A stretch of DNA of 64,000 nucleotides. Source: Octopus sinensis (taxonomy: Eukaryota). The position numbers and the translations under genes are program-made. Below are positions 38,051 to 51,545 of this stretch, in pieces. Below the pieces are notes generated by a model, which did not search any database, had not been told where the DNA came from, and saw only the letters and a program-made list of their open reading frames with translations. Within the stretch, counting starts at the first letter, position 1, and each line of letters opens with the position of its first letter. The stretch lies in the NCBI RefSeq assembly GCF_006345805.1, contig NC_043000.1, positions 57,722,001-57,786,000 of the forward strand, read 5' to 3'.

Positions 38051-38881
38051 GGATCTTTTCCTTTTGAACAGCACATGTCAACACAATTTCTAGTTAACTA
38101 AACACTTTAAAACTTCGTATACTGGTAGAATGTGTCAAAATAAAGCATTTTTTTTCTCTTGGCTTTCTTGAGAAAATTGTAATTTGTTTGTTTAACGTAG
38201 TTTCATTTTTCGAATTTTAACCAATGAATCGCCTCTAGTGAGCTAAAATCATTTGCTGCGTCTAAAACTGAGGCAACATCCTGTCACTAACCCTAACCCA
38301 CACCCTCACCCTAACCCTAAATTTTAGCCTTTCGTTTTTTTTTTTCTTAATTGTTAAATTAATTTAATTGTTACGCGTGTGTCTAAAATTATTCATTTTG
38401 TTTTTGTTTTGAGTTTTTGCTTTCGTTTTAGCCTGTCGTTATGTATATGTACGGAAAGTGTGTGTATAAAATTATAGAACTATTTTGTTTGTTAATTGTT
38501 TAAATTATTTTCCATTGCTTTCGTTTTAGCCTTTCATTTTTTTTTTCTTAATTATTATCCTTGAATTAATTTAACAATTAAGAAAAAAAAACGAAAGGCT
38601 AAAATTTAGGGTTAGGGTGAGTGTGGGGGTTAGGGTTAGGGTTAGTGACAGGATGTTGTCTCAGTTTTAGACACAGCAAATGATTTTAGCTCAATTAGAG
38701 GCAATTGATTGGTTAAAATTCGAAAAATTAAACTGCGTTAAACAAACGAATTACAATTTTATCAAGAAAGCCAAGAGAAAAAAATGTTTTATTTTGACAC
38801 ATTCTACCAGTATACGAAGTTTTAAAGTGTTTAGTTAACTAGAAATTGTGTTGACATGTGCCTTTCAAAAGGAAAAGATCC
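38051..38881. mobile_element. Non-autonomous DNA transposon with ~315-bp TIRs and 8-bp TSD (Merlin-like)
   Basis: GGATCTTTTCCTTTTGAA...TTCAAAAGGAAAAGATCC; TSD GGGAAAAA at 38043-38050 and 38882-38889. GG/CC termini with an 8-bp TSD fit the Merlin superfamily. Confidence 0.85.
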
Positions 38882-39329
38882 GGGAAAAATAAACTGAGAG
38901 AAAAACTTCTTGAAACGAAATGAGCTTATCCCCTTGTAGAAAGAATACCTTGCTGAGATACCCAAAGAAATTTTCTCTGCATATGGTTTAGACATCATGT
39001 TTACTGCTCCTTCTGCAGATGCTACTGCTGCTGCTGCTGCTGCTGCTACTACTACTACTACTACTACTTATTCATTCATTAGAAATAATAAAGGACCTCA
39101 TCAGCACTGTTCCAGTACTCTAGTCGCATATTCAAGGCAACTAATATATATATTCTGATAGAAGAGGCAAAACAACTTGGTAAAATATCTCAACTATATA
39201 GACAGCCACTAATTCCAAAGACAATGAAATATTCAACTTTGCTCTAAACAGGGAAACAATTCCAAACGCTTAGCATATTTTATTACCTGAGTCTAGCTAT
39301 GCCTGAAGATGTGTGTTTCTCTAAATATG

Positions 39330-39648
39330 GCCACAGGCATGGCTGTGTGGTAAGAAGCTTGCTTCCCAATCACATGGTTTGGGGTTCAGTCTCACTGTGT
39401 GACACTTTGGGCAAGTGTCTTCTGCTATGACCTCAGACCAACCAAAACCTTATGAGTAGATTTGGTAGATGGAAAATGAAAGAAGCCTGTTAAATGTGCG
39501 TGTATGTGTTTCTATGCATGTGTGTCTTTGTGATAAGTACCAGGCTTTAAAAAAAAAGTATTGGGCTGATACATTTCACTAAAAGTTATCAAGGCCGTCT
39601 CCAGCATGGCCATAGTCTAATGACTGAAACAAGTAAAGGATAAAAGAT
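39330..39648 (+). mobile_element. CORE-like SINE, older copy
   Basis: Homologous to 39947-40348 throughout. Confidence 0.8.
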
Positions 39649-39946
39649 ATTCACAAAGTGTTGACAGCCTGTTGTCAGTTATTAGGCAATGAAAACTTTT
39701 ACTATGAAATGCTTGACAAAAATTTTTGCACTCTGGGTTACTGCTGATAAGTATGGTCTGTTATCAATCTAAGTCTTACCAAATGAAGAGGCTCATATTC
39801 CTCTGTGATTTACATCTCTTCTCTTTGGAACATTGGAAGGAATGTTATCGTGTGTGCGTGTATGTGAAATATTTGCAAAATTCTTGTTCAAAACTTTGTT
39901 ATACAAGAGAGGAAACATAAGGAATAAGAAATATGATTATATATAT

Positions 39947-40348
39947 AGGTGTAGGAGTGGCTGTGTTGTAAGTAGCTTGCTTACCAACCACATGGTTCCG
40001 GGTTCATTCCCACTGCGTGGCACCTTGGGCAAGTGTCTTCTACTACAGCCTCGGGCCAACCGAAGCCTTGTGAGTGGATTTGGTAGACAGAAACTGAAAG
40101 AAGCCCGTCGTATATATGTATATATATATATGTGTGTGTATGTTTGTGTGTCTGTGTTTGTTCCCCCAACATCACTTGACAATCAATGCTGGTTTGTTTA
40201 CGTCCCCGTAACTTAGCGGTTCGGCAAAAAAGACTGATAGAATAAGTACTAGGCTTACAAAGAATAAGTCCTGGGGTTGATTTGCTCGACTAAAAGGCGG
40301 TGCTCCAGCATGGCCACAGTCAAATGACTGAAACAAGTAAAAGAGTAA
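39947..40348 (+). mobile_element. tRNA-derived CORE-like SINE, full length
   Basis: A/B-box-like head, ACCTTGGGCAAGTG core, internal TA/GT microsatellite, 3' end TGACTGAAACAAGTAAAAGA. Confidence 0.88.
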
Positions 40349-40714
40349 AAGAATATATCCCCAAACCTCCATTATTAAAGTCTTACATCAGGAACCTATA
40401 GAATAACAGTTTGTTACTCAGATTACTCTGTCAAATGTTATGCTGATTTATTCACATTGTTTTGAATTAATCATGCATTATTTTATAACTCTGAGATTTC
40501 ACTGAAGCGATTATTTATGTTTTAGAATGTCATTGTAGGGTAGGTGTGAGAGGCTGGATCTAAGAGATACCACCATGCTAGACATAGCAGCCAAAACTTG
40601 ACTCTAAAACCACATTAAATGTTCATACAGCACCAAGAGAGAAGTTTAGTTTTAGAATGACATATATAATGCATATGTACATATACATTACATATATTAC
40701 ACATATATATATAT

Positions 40715-40922
40715 GTGACCGTGTGTGTACTATTGGCGATTTTTTTCCTCCGTCTTCCCTTCTTTGGATCTTTTCTTTTCCTATGTTTCTGCCGAAGAGC
40801 TCCACTTGAAACGTTAAATCCTCCTTCTTTCTTTTCTTTCCTGAGCGTCCAATAACACTATACTTGTTCCACGTCCTCGCGTTGTTGTGTTTTCTCTTTG
40901 TGTTTTCATGTTTGGATTAACT
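40715..40922 (+). mobile_element. (TA)n-embedded short element with degenerate hammerhead motif at 40785-40819
   Basis: GTTT CTGCCGA A GAGC tcc ACTT GAAA CG TT AAAT; A6 and the 3' strand of stem II are mutated; AACGTT palindrome. Confidence 0.6.
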
Positions 40923-40944
40923 ATATATATATATTAAATACATG

Positions 40945-41737
40945 CATATATAAATGCATGAAATTTTGATACAATACAAAGAACATAATGGAAATTAATA
41001 TGCACAAGTCAAATTTTGCACCACCACTACATCACATATGAAAAAATGACATCATTTAGACAGCAGGCATTTTCAGCATCGCACACCCGTGCTCTTTCCA
41101 AAACTTTCAGACCCCACTTCTCTGATTTCTCTATTGATCTTCTCTTTCAGTTGCACCAGGGTCTCTGGTTTGTTGATGTAAATCCTCTCTTTCAGGTATC
41201 CCCACAAGAAAATATCTGAGTTAGTCAAGTCTGGGGAACATGAAGGTTAGTTGATATTGCCGAAGCAGGAGATTATTGTCTCTCCAAAGCATGGCCGTAG
41301 CAACTGCATTGTTTCTCTTGCAGTATGAGCAGTTGCCCCATCTTGCTGGAACCATGTGTGAGGTCTATTTTGAATAGCCTGGTGCAAAAAGGTCTCAATC
41401 ATGGTTCTGTACCATTCCCCAGTCACTGTGACAGCATTTCCATCATCTGGTGCAAGTGAAAGAGAAGATCAATAAAGAAATCAGAGAAGTGGGGTCTGAA
41501 ACTCTTGAGAGTGTTGTGGTGCAAGCTTTGGAAAGAGCATGGGTATGTGAAACCGAAAATAGCTGCCATTTAAGTAATGTCATTTTTCATATGTGATGTA
41601 GAGGTGTTGCAAAATCTGACTTGTGCATTTTAATTTCTATTATGTCCTTTATATTGTGTTAAAATTTCATGCATTTATTTGTAAAGTTATGGAAGTTATT
41701 AAAAACTGAAACCCATCAGTGACTTTTGGGACACCCT
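40945..41737 (-). mobile_element. Tc1/mariner DD41D (rosa-type) relic composed of two inverted 3' ends
   Basis: Minus strand WFQQDGATAHT...*PSCSPDLTNSDIFLWGYLK has 41 residues between the last two catalytic Asp. 41447-41737 repeats the 3' end on the plus strand, ending GGGACACCCT-ATA. Confidence 0.85.
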
Positions 41738-42151
41738 ATATTACATGCATATGTATATTACACACACACACATGCATGTTTATTTTTCTCACACTTAGAC
41801 ATTCAAACACACAAACACTTCTCTATATATGTGTGTGTGTAAATGCATGTCCAGGCCAAGTGCATACATATATATGCGCGAGTGTGGGCCAGTATATTTT
41901 GTCCTGACAGTGTGTGCATTTTCAGAAATGCATGTAGATAATTCAACAGATCCACATGTTGCATCATCATTATCAAGGAATACAAGTGTAGCAGTTACAC
42001 CTTACTTCTTAGGTGCCAAGACTCCAGCAATCACTCTCTCCCTCTTTCTCTCTGTCTATCTATCTCTCCATTTCACATACTCATCTTCTTCCTTTTTTCT
42101 CTCTCTGTCACATAAACTCATGTTCCCTCCTTCCCTACATCTATCTATCTA

Positions 42152-42211
<60 letters not shown>

Positions 42212-42363
42212 CCTACCTACCTATCTATCTATCTATCTCACATACACACAAAATACATATTGGATGCTGTGTGTGTGTGTGTTTGGGTTTGTGCGAGTCG
42301 TGTGTATATGCAGTGCCATTGTTAATTATGTGTAAAATGAGGAAATCTGTTGTTTCAGCAAAT

Positions 42364-42452
<89 letters not shown>

Positions 42453-44834
42453 GAATGATAGAGAAAAGGAGAGAGGGAGAGAAAGAAGGAAGAGCAAAAG
42501 AGTGGAGATCATGTGAGAGAAAAAAAAGAGGATGGAGGTAGAGAGTATGAGTTGGGTCTTCTTAGAAAATAGTATGCAATGAGGTTATATGTCAGCATAA
42601 CCAGTATATGTAATTATTGGTGAGCTCAAGTTCAATCCTCATTGGCAAACTGAGGACTCTGTTCAACTGACTCACTGGAAGAGGAAGAGAAGAAGATGAA
42701 GGAGGAGGAGGAGGATAAGGAAAGACGAAGGCAGAGGGGGCAGCAATAACAACAACTACATGTTCTACAAGTCACTGCGTTGACCGTAGATATTGCATGA
42801 CGTGTGAAAAGAATTTCATGAACTAATAAATTAAATGACGTTTGGGGTGAATATAACAGATAGATAGATCTATCTAGATAGAGAAAGATATATAGAGAGA
42901 GATAAAGTGAGAAAGGGAAGCGTCAGGACAGACATTCCTTACGTGATTACATTCACGTACACTGCAAAGATCATCGCTGCAGCATCTGTTGTTAATACTG
43001 AGTTAGCCAGTGTCAGAAGGGTCAGCCTGGTTGCCTCCCTCTATTTCATTTAACTTCCTGATATCTTCTACTTCAATGATGCACAACCTCACCTCCCCCA
43101 CATGACTGCTACTGACACACTGTATACTTTCCCCTTTTGTTTTCATTTTGATCCTTCTTACCTAATCTGTAATTATTTCTGACTTAAGGGCAAGGCAGTC
43201 ATAGTGATACTATGGCATACAGATACTTTGCAGTAACTGCTTTTGGCACCTTTCAGAGCTTTGAGTTTGTGTGCGTCTGCTTGAGAGATCGGGTGGAAAC
43301 TGTATTGCACAGAAGATCAATTAATTGGTAGTAATAAACTAAAGGTTTTGTTGTTGTTGCTGTTTAAACCCCATTTTGGTAAATTCTGAGTGGACCAATG
43401 ATCATTGTGGTTCCTATTATGATCATCTCTCTTTTATCAGATGGATTTCATACTCTAATGTGTGTGTTTTTTCCATTTTAAGATGTGATTTTTAGCAAAT
43501 CTAGCAGCTACTTCTAGCAGATTAGATAACCATGACAAGGCTTCTTTGTTGCTTAAACCTTAGTCAACTTTCACCCAGCAGTCCTATGATCAAAAACACA
43601 CCAGCCATGACAATTCAGTCCCTTTTTTTCAGACTTTTCAGTGCAGGACTGTAATATCTAATACAACTACTTTTTTAAGCTTAGAGGATATGATTAGAGG
43701 GAGATATAGCTCTATATCTAACTTCTTGATCAACCACATAGAAGGTCTCACATTAGTTTGTTACACTGGGGTTGTATAAAATCTTTTGTTCACTTGCAGC
43801 CTTGCTACTGCAAGTGAACAAAAAGAAATACTAGCATTAAAAAAGGATGAAAGTCATCACAAATGCTGGGAAAGAAGTAAAACACAATTTTTCAGTATTT
43901 TAGTTTTAAGGCTAGCAGTATGTATATATTTCTAAAATATCAACTATGGCTGAAATCACTTGCACGCAGGAGGCATATTTCAAAATCTAATGCTTAGTAA
44001 AGCCAAAACTTTGAATGATTTGTTAATTCATTAATTGCTTTTGTAGCATTGTAGTGGTTTTCATTGTCTTCTCAAATTTATACAAACTGAAGCTGGTTCA
44101 TAAACCTTTTGGCATTTAAGCTAGCTAAATTCTGCCCAGCTATTCTACCCATGTTATGTTCAAACTGGTCAGATCCAGACCCTACAATGTCATTCTAAAA
44201 ATAAAAAATCACATCTTCAAAAATCTTGAAACTATGAGATAATCTGAATACAAAATGGTTAAAAGTATTAACTTTATACTTCTTGAAAAAAATTATTAGA
44301 ATTTACTATCAATATCAGTGTCCAGGCAATCATTAAAATTAAGATCTGAGCAGTTAATATATAAAGTTATGGTATAAAAATCTATTAAGCCAGCCATTGC
44401 TGTTCATATAGCAAATTCCTGCATTTATAGTGAAGTTAGACTTATGAGCTTGTAGAATGTGTTTTTGTCTGGTACTTATTCCTTCAACCCAAGTAAGATG
44501 AAAGGCAATGTTGACATAGGTATAAAAAGTGGTAAAAGGAACAGAACAGGACCCAATTAAATATCATTAAGTATTTTTGTTTGGTCCACCACCACTTCTG
44601 CCATATCCTACCTATACATACACAAATATATATCAGATGCATCTAATCATATGATTAGTGAATCCACAATTCAAGAAAGAACTCAATACACTTTGATTGT
44701 AGAGTATATTTAATTTATTAAGAAGACTATATTAATTTATTAATATATTACAAGCTGCAGACTTGTTTCAATATTTTTGTAGTTCTTCAGAGATATTTTA
44801 TAATATATATACATAGACACACATATACATGCAC

Positions 44835-44960
44835 ATTGTCTACCTAATCCACTCATAAGTCTTTGATTGACCCAACGCTGTAGTAGAAGATACTCGTCCA
44901 AGATGCCATGCAGTAGGACTGAGTCTGAAGCCATGTGACTAGGTAGTGAACTATTCAATC
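44835..44960 (-). mobile_element. CORE-like SINE, 5' fragment
   Basis: GTCTACCTAATCCACTCATAAG...TAGTAGAAGATACTCGTCCAAG matches the reverse complement of the family head. Confidence 0.7.
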
Positions 44961-45564
44961 TTTCAACACACAACAACGTTTGTGTACATGTATATGTACA
45001 CACACACACACACACACACAGATACATTGTAAGCACTAAGCTTACAAAATGTTTATGGCTGAAAACATTAATAAAATACCTAGATCTGACCACGACTTGA
45101 TGGCAATGAAAATAAGAAGCAAAATAGTACCTGCACAATTTCATTTATCGTTTTCAAAGGCTTAATAAGATCCAAAATTATCTCTAAAAGTCTAAAAAAT
45201 GTGTAATTAGGTTTGTCTTTTCACTATCCATTCCAGTTATGTTTTTTTTCTTTTTCTCTTTATTTTGTTATATACATTTCTGCCTTCTTATTTTTAGACT
45301 CACAGCAATAGGAAGAAGTTTATATATAGAGAACTTCCATGGATATAGCTAAGCACAAATTCAATTTAGACAACTTCAAGAACTATGAATGACTGAATTG
45401 AATAAAGGTGCAATCATTATACAATCGTGACAAATTTCTAATTATATATTTCTTGTTATAGAATTTCTTAATCCTTACAGAACAGTTTCTGTTGCAATGT
45501 GTAAAATGACTAAGATTATAGTCTCAGCTAGTCCACTGAAAGACCTACACTTATAGATTTTTCA

Positions 45565-45598
<34 letters not shown>

Positions 45599-45682
45599 AA
45601 TGAATAAAACTCAATAAGCTGAGTGAGATTCAAACACTTATAATTAGATATTCTAAGTACATCTCAATATTTCAATATGGTA

Positions 45683-46105
45683 AGGTGGTGAGCTAGCAGA
45701 CCTGTTAGAATGATGGCCAAAATGCTACTAAGTATTTTGTTCATCTTTATGCTCTGTGTTCAAATTCTGCCAAGGTCAACTTTGCCTTTCATCCTTTTGG
45801 GATCAATAAAATAAGTACCATTTGAGAACTGGGTTTAATGTAATCGACTTACCCTTTCCCTGAAAATTGTTGGCCTTGAGCCAAAATTTAAAACCAAAGG
45901 CAGCAAGCTGACAGATTTGTTAGCACACTGGGCAAAATGCTTAGTGGCATTTGTCTTTAAGCTCTGAGTTCAAATTCCACTGAGGTTGAATTTTGTCTTT
46001 CATCCCTTTGAGGTCAATTAAATAATTACCAGTTGAACACTTGAGTTGATATAATAGATTTGTCTCCTCCTTGAAATTGCTGGCTTTGTACCAAAATTTG
46101 AACCA
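45683..46105 (+). mobile_element. Head-to-tail dimer of Nin-type SINEs (45683-45897 and 45898-46105)
   Basis: Two consecutive units, each with GTTCAAATT, TTTCATCC core and CCAAAATTT end. Confidence 0.8.
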
Positions 46106-48318
46106 CTTTTTCAATATGGTAGAAGAAAACAATGTAATAATGTATGCAAAAATTTGGATAAAAATAGAATGACATGAACATACTCAACTGAAAATGAGTA
46201 GGTGCATCTCTCTCTTCTTCTAGCAGTTGTATCTTCAATGATCTGTCACATACATATATCTGTGTGTGTTCATGTTTACTAAAACAGGGGCTAAAAACTG
46301 GTGTTGCTTACGTCATGTCCCTTTATGTTATATAACTTAGCAGTTCAACAAATAGATGTTGATAAACTGAGTACCAGACTGAAATATGCTCTGGAACTGA
46401 TGAGTGACTAAAACAGCTGAAGGTTTGCAAATCTCCCAGTGATAGTATGGCTGCAGTCCAGTGACTGAACCCAGTAAAGGAAAGTCATAATGTAAAACAA
46501 ATCCATGATTTTTTAGTTGAAAATATTTAAAAATATAATTTTAAACAGTGTTTTGAGCTGTAAGATTTAATTACTATTTTTAGAATTTTACAAACTCCAA
46601 ATAAACATGCTAATACCTTTAATTTATATACTCAAATTATGTCCACAACCCTTGGTTTCATTTTGCTGTGAGGCGCATCCCTCAATATTACCCAATGGGA
46701 ATAAATCAAATGATTTCCAAAACCAAGACTTTTTTGTTTGTTTAGGAAGTAATTTTTGCTCTTCTTTCTTTTCTACATTTTTTAGTGGAATTCTGGTTTA
46801 AGCAGAATATAACCCATATAACCCATCATAAGTTTTTTTTTTATGTTTTGGCATTTTCAGAAAATGTCTGTGAATTTGTTTTCCTACATATAGGAATTCA
46901 TAAGATTATGAAAAAAAAATACTTAAAAAAATTTGTTAACCCTCTCACCATAAATCCTAAAGATTTCCACTCTTTTTCAAATCTTTTTTTAAAAGCCAGA
47001 GTTTAAAATATGGATAGTTTGAATTTCTTGCTTAAATCCCAGCAATAGACCACCCTTGGGTGCATCATCATTCCAGTAAATGTATTTGTGTAGCCTGTTG
47101 TATCTAAGAAAGCATCATGTGAATGGAAGATGATTTGGCAACTATTTCTAGGAAGTCAGGTAATCTTGTAGAAGCTACTTCATCAGACTGGCAGGCTGAC
47201 AGTTGTTGGGTGATAGTAAGGCCACAGAAGATGATCCTGCTTATGTATATAGAGAATCTAAAATATGTCAATCTAGTGAAGTCCATATCTATGCAAGCTA
47301 TACATGTGATAAGATCTGAATTTAGCACAAGAATGTAAGAAATCAAAACACTTAACAAACTAGAGTTCTGCTGTTAAAAGCAATAAGCTTTATCTCTACA
47401 TAGTACATATATTGTTAGGTCTCCTGAGCTAATACAGGTTCAGCCAATTATAAACTCAGCACAATGCTTGTGATGGATTTGAACTGTGAATGCATCAGTT
47501 AATGGATTGGTATCCAATCAACTCAGTCAACAACAAACATAAAACCTATTTTACTAATTGTATGAAGTATAAATACTATATTGTCATTTTAGAGACAACT
47601 AAATAAAAACAAAACAAAACAGAACAAAAAAAAAAAACTCTACCCAAGTGAAGGTAATTTTCTATAAAAGACAGAACCAAAGGTTACTATATTTTTGTTT
47701 AAGCATAAGAGCAAATAGTAATGAAAAATTCAAACAAAATAGCCAGGTACTGAAAGGCATCTGCAATAATGTTACAGAAGGAATTTTTAGTTTAGTGAGA
47801 AATGTTACTCATTCTCTCTTTAATTTTTTTTTTTTTTTTGTTTAACCATTTAGTTAGGAAAGGAAAGGCAGCATTCATTCAAGACCTGTTATTTTTCAGG
47901 TGCTCTGATGCTAGTGAGAGGAAGTTATTTTCTAACAGTGACATGGTCTGAATTCTAGCAACAAAGTGAACTCTGCTAGACATTCAAGGTAGTGGTGTTA
48001 TACTAAGTAACAGTTTAAGATTATCAGTGCTAACTTAAAAAAAAACAAAAACTATTTCTTAACCTTTTACTTTAACATGAAAACTTTCAATTTATATTAA
48101 ATATGTCCCTCATCTCTTCATTTAACATTTCGTCAAATAATTTATAAACCAATTATCTTCTCAATGTGAAGAGATATATTTTCTTGTGTTAATTTTTGTA
48201 TTACGTTACTTTATTCCAGAAGCAATTTCCATTACATCTACTAAGTAAGAGATTAAGTCATTCAAGAACCCAGAAAATGAGGAGCTGGAACAAATACTGT
48301 AAGGCATCTCATCTGACA

Positions 48319-48533
48319 ATACCAGCAATGCACCACCTTGGACTGGTAATATCAATCCTAAAATGATGAAAAGTAGAACTGATCTCAGCAGGATTTGAAC
48401 TCAGAACACAGAAAGCACTTTGTTCTATACTTCAACAATTCTGCCAATTTCATGCCTAATTTTGATGACAGTCATAGAAATCTATGGATAAGTTAGCTTT
48501 CTGAAAATAGTGAATTAGAAGAGGGTTGAACAA
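48319..48533 (+). repeat. 215-bp direct repeat, copy 1
   Basis: Matches 50718-50932 with 4 mismatches by manual comparison. Confidence 0.9.
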
Positions 48534-50717
48534 CCTCTAAATTACAAAGAATGTAGTAACTTTAGTGATCATTATTGATTTTTCTGTTTATTTTCAACTA
48601 TTCTGTCAGCTGAAATAGGTTAAGTTGTAGACAAAGTTTACAAAGTAAAAACCTTGTGATTTTGTAAAAGAAAGCAAGTAAAACTGTTTCAGAAAATGAA
48701 AGTGGGGGAGGGGAAGAATAACAACAGAGAACAGGTTAATTCAAGAGAAAATATCAGTGATTATTAGTAAGAGAGAAGATAAAATAATCTCAGATGCAAT
48801 ATTTTCAAACCAAATGTCAAAGCAAGTTTATAGCACAGTCCACTTGATATGGAATGACATCTTTTTCTTCCTTCAGACAGGAAATTACTTCAACAAGATG
48901 AACATTACTTCAGAAAAGAAAAAATGTTTCATCCTAAAAATTACAATGATCACCCAACAGAAACAGTAACAAATTCCAGTCATGGACACTTGAAAGAGAA
49001 TGCATGAAACCTCTAGTTTTTTCTTGTTTAGTTTTTATTTACTTATTTCAAAAGTTATACCTATTTTTGTATTCTTATTTATATTAAATTTCTCAACTCA
49101 GATTCACAATAAGTTTGTACTGATAACCACATAACCCAATGATATTCTTCTAGATTCAAGTGAGATTAGAGGGATTGTTTTATGGAAATAAAGGAAAACA
49201 AAGACACAGATATAAGCAGTATAACACATAAACCCATATACACAGACACAAGACACGAATACATATACTAAAGATGGAATGAGAAACAAAAAACAAGAAA
49301 AGTAAATAAAGGAATAAATAAGAGAACCAAATAAAAGATATGGGCACAAACTGTAGTAAGCAAACCCATATACATGCACACAAAACACACATACTAAACA
49401 TATAGACATGTGCGCGTACGTGTACACACATACATATACACACAGATAATGATGCAGATAAAAAGACATATCACAGAAAGACAAAATGGATAAAGCAGAA
49501 CAAGAGAAGACACGTGGGGTAAAAAGTTGTTAAAGAGGTCACAAGATTTGACAAAAGAGCTTTGATTAAGAAACAAAAAAAAAATAATAAAGCTGAAATA
49601 AAGATGAAACATATGTGTGTGTTTAATTGGTAAAATATGATCATCTCCAAGTATAACAAAATCTGTTTCAACATATGATTCCACATCAAGAATCTTGCAA
49701 AACAAATAAATGTAAATAGTGTAGTTTGGTAGCAATCTTTGGAAGGATTGATGGTGTAAAGATTATGAAGATACGGAGACATGCATGAGTTAAAATATTC
49801 TGGCTAAGGTAAAGGTGCTGAAGTAGGTTGTTTAGCTCCCAGTCATCAGTAAGTAAGCAGACATCTAAGATCAAAGCCATTCCAGTAATGACCATCTCTA
49901 AGTAACTTACACTGGCTTAGCGGAAATATTTTTGTCGGGTGATATATAAATCATTATACCAACTAAAGAAGAGGCAAAATAAGTATACACCAGGTTAAAG
50001 GAAATTGTAAATTTCAACATAAACGTTATTATTTATATAATTTATATTTGGATTTAGTATTGCTGACTGATAGTTGTCAGGAAGTTCACTAGTTCTACTT
50101 GTTACGAGAAGTGTTTTGTTAAATAGTAGAAATTAGATCTTGCATGAATTTAGCAGTTGTTTAAAGTTTTGCATTTTACATTTAATGTGCATGATCTTAT
50201 TCAGAAAGTTACTAAATCTTCTGGAAACTACCTTCAGCTATCTTAAGTAAATAAAGCTGTTAGAAGATGGTTATGGTTACCAACAGACTACCAACAGTCA
50301 ACAAGGGAACCTTTACTCAGTTACTGATACTGCTGGAAATAGCAACCAAATATCAAATTTACACTACCATATTGGTTTGACAGTGGAGGTGCCTGGCTTG
50401 ATGGTTAGTGTTTTGAACTTATGATTGTAAGATTGTGATTTTGATTTTTAGACTGGGTGATGAATTATGTCGTTGAGAAAAACATTTTGTTTCATGTTGC
50501 TCTACCCTAATCAGCTGGCAAAAATGAATAATCCTATGACAGACTGGCATCCCATCCAGGAAGGTATATATGGACTGTGGGAACCAGGAAAGTGGCCCTA
50601 TGAGTCTATATGACTCATGAAGGATCTTTATCTTTTATTGGCTTAAAAAAATGGGAAACATTTTGATAAAGTTGTTCACTACTCAAAATTAAAATGGGAT
50701 GGTCACAGCTAGAATGC

Positions 50718-50932
50718 ATACCAGCAATACACCACCTTGGACTGGTAATATCAATCCTAAAATGATGAAAAGCAGAACTGATCTCAGCAGGATTTGAACT
50801 CAGAACACAGAAAGCACTTTGTTCTATACTTTAACAATTCTGCCAATTTCATGCCTATTTTTGATGACAGTCATAGAAATCTATGGATAAGTTAGCTTTC
50901 TGAAAATAGTGAATTAGAAGAGGGTTGAACAA
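50718..50932 (+). repeat. 215-bp direct repeat, copy 2
   Basis: Matches 48319-48533; followed by a re-copied AAGAGGGTTGAA. Confidence 0.9.
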
Positions 50933-51545
50933 AAGAGGGTTGAAGTAAAGCAAGATTTTCAATTCAGTACTATAATATAGCATTTGGTTCTCAATCTCTT
51001 TAGAACAGGGGTTGGTGAACTAGGGTAAAATTAAATTGTTGGGAGCAATGAGGACTCATTAGACATAAATAAAATTACATAAAAAATGTGTTCCTTGTTG
51101 TAACAGGAATTTTCCTTCTGGTAATATTGCATCTGTCCAATGTAATGGATGTGTAAATAGATTCATTTAAATAGATTCAATAAACCTTTTGAATTCAAAG
51201 AATCTATGATTTTCTTCCTTTCAAATCAAAGGGGTAACGTTGGTGTAAATAAATATATTTTGGGGTGATTTCCCTGATCTCTGCTTTAGAAGAATGTAAA
51301 ACGAGGTCTCAGTTAATAGATAACACTATAGATGTGAACATTTCAAGCTTTTTAGAGGTAAGATGGGACAAATAAAAAATAACAGAGAATAGTAACTGTT
51401 TATATAGAAACAGAATGTAGCAGAATGAAAATTGTTTATTAAAAGTAGACAGTTGAGTTAGCAAAACAACAGGGCAAAGTCCGGAATATAAGGATACTAG
51501 GGAGGATCTGCATTGACAGTAATTAATCCAAATGAGGGTTTATAG

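Noticed and set aside
39947-40020. tRNA-like A/B boxes as tRNA genes
   Set aside because: They are SINE heads continuing into core and tail sequence, with no full cloverleaf.
48319-50932. Direct repeats as LTRs of a retrotransposon
   Set aside because: No TG...CA termini, TSD, PBS/PPT or gag/pol remnants recognised between them.
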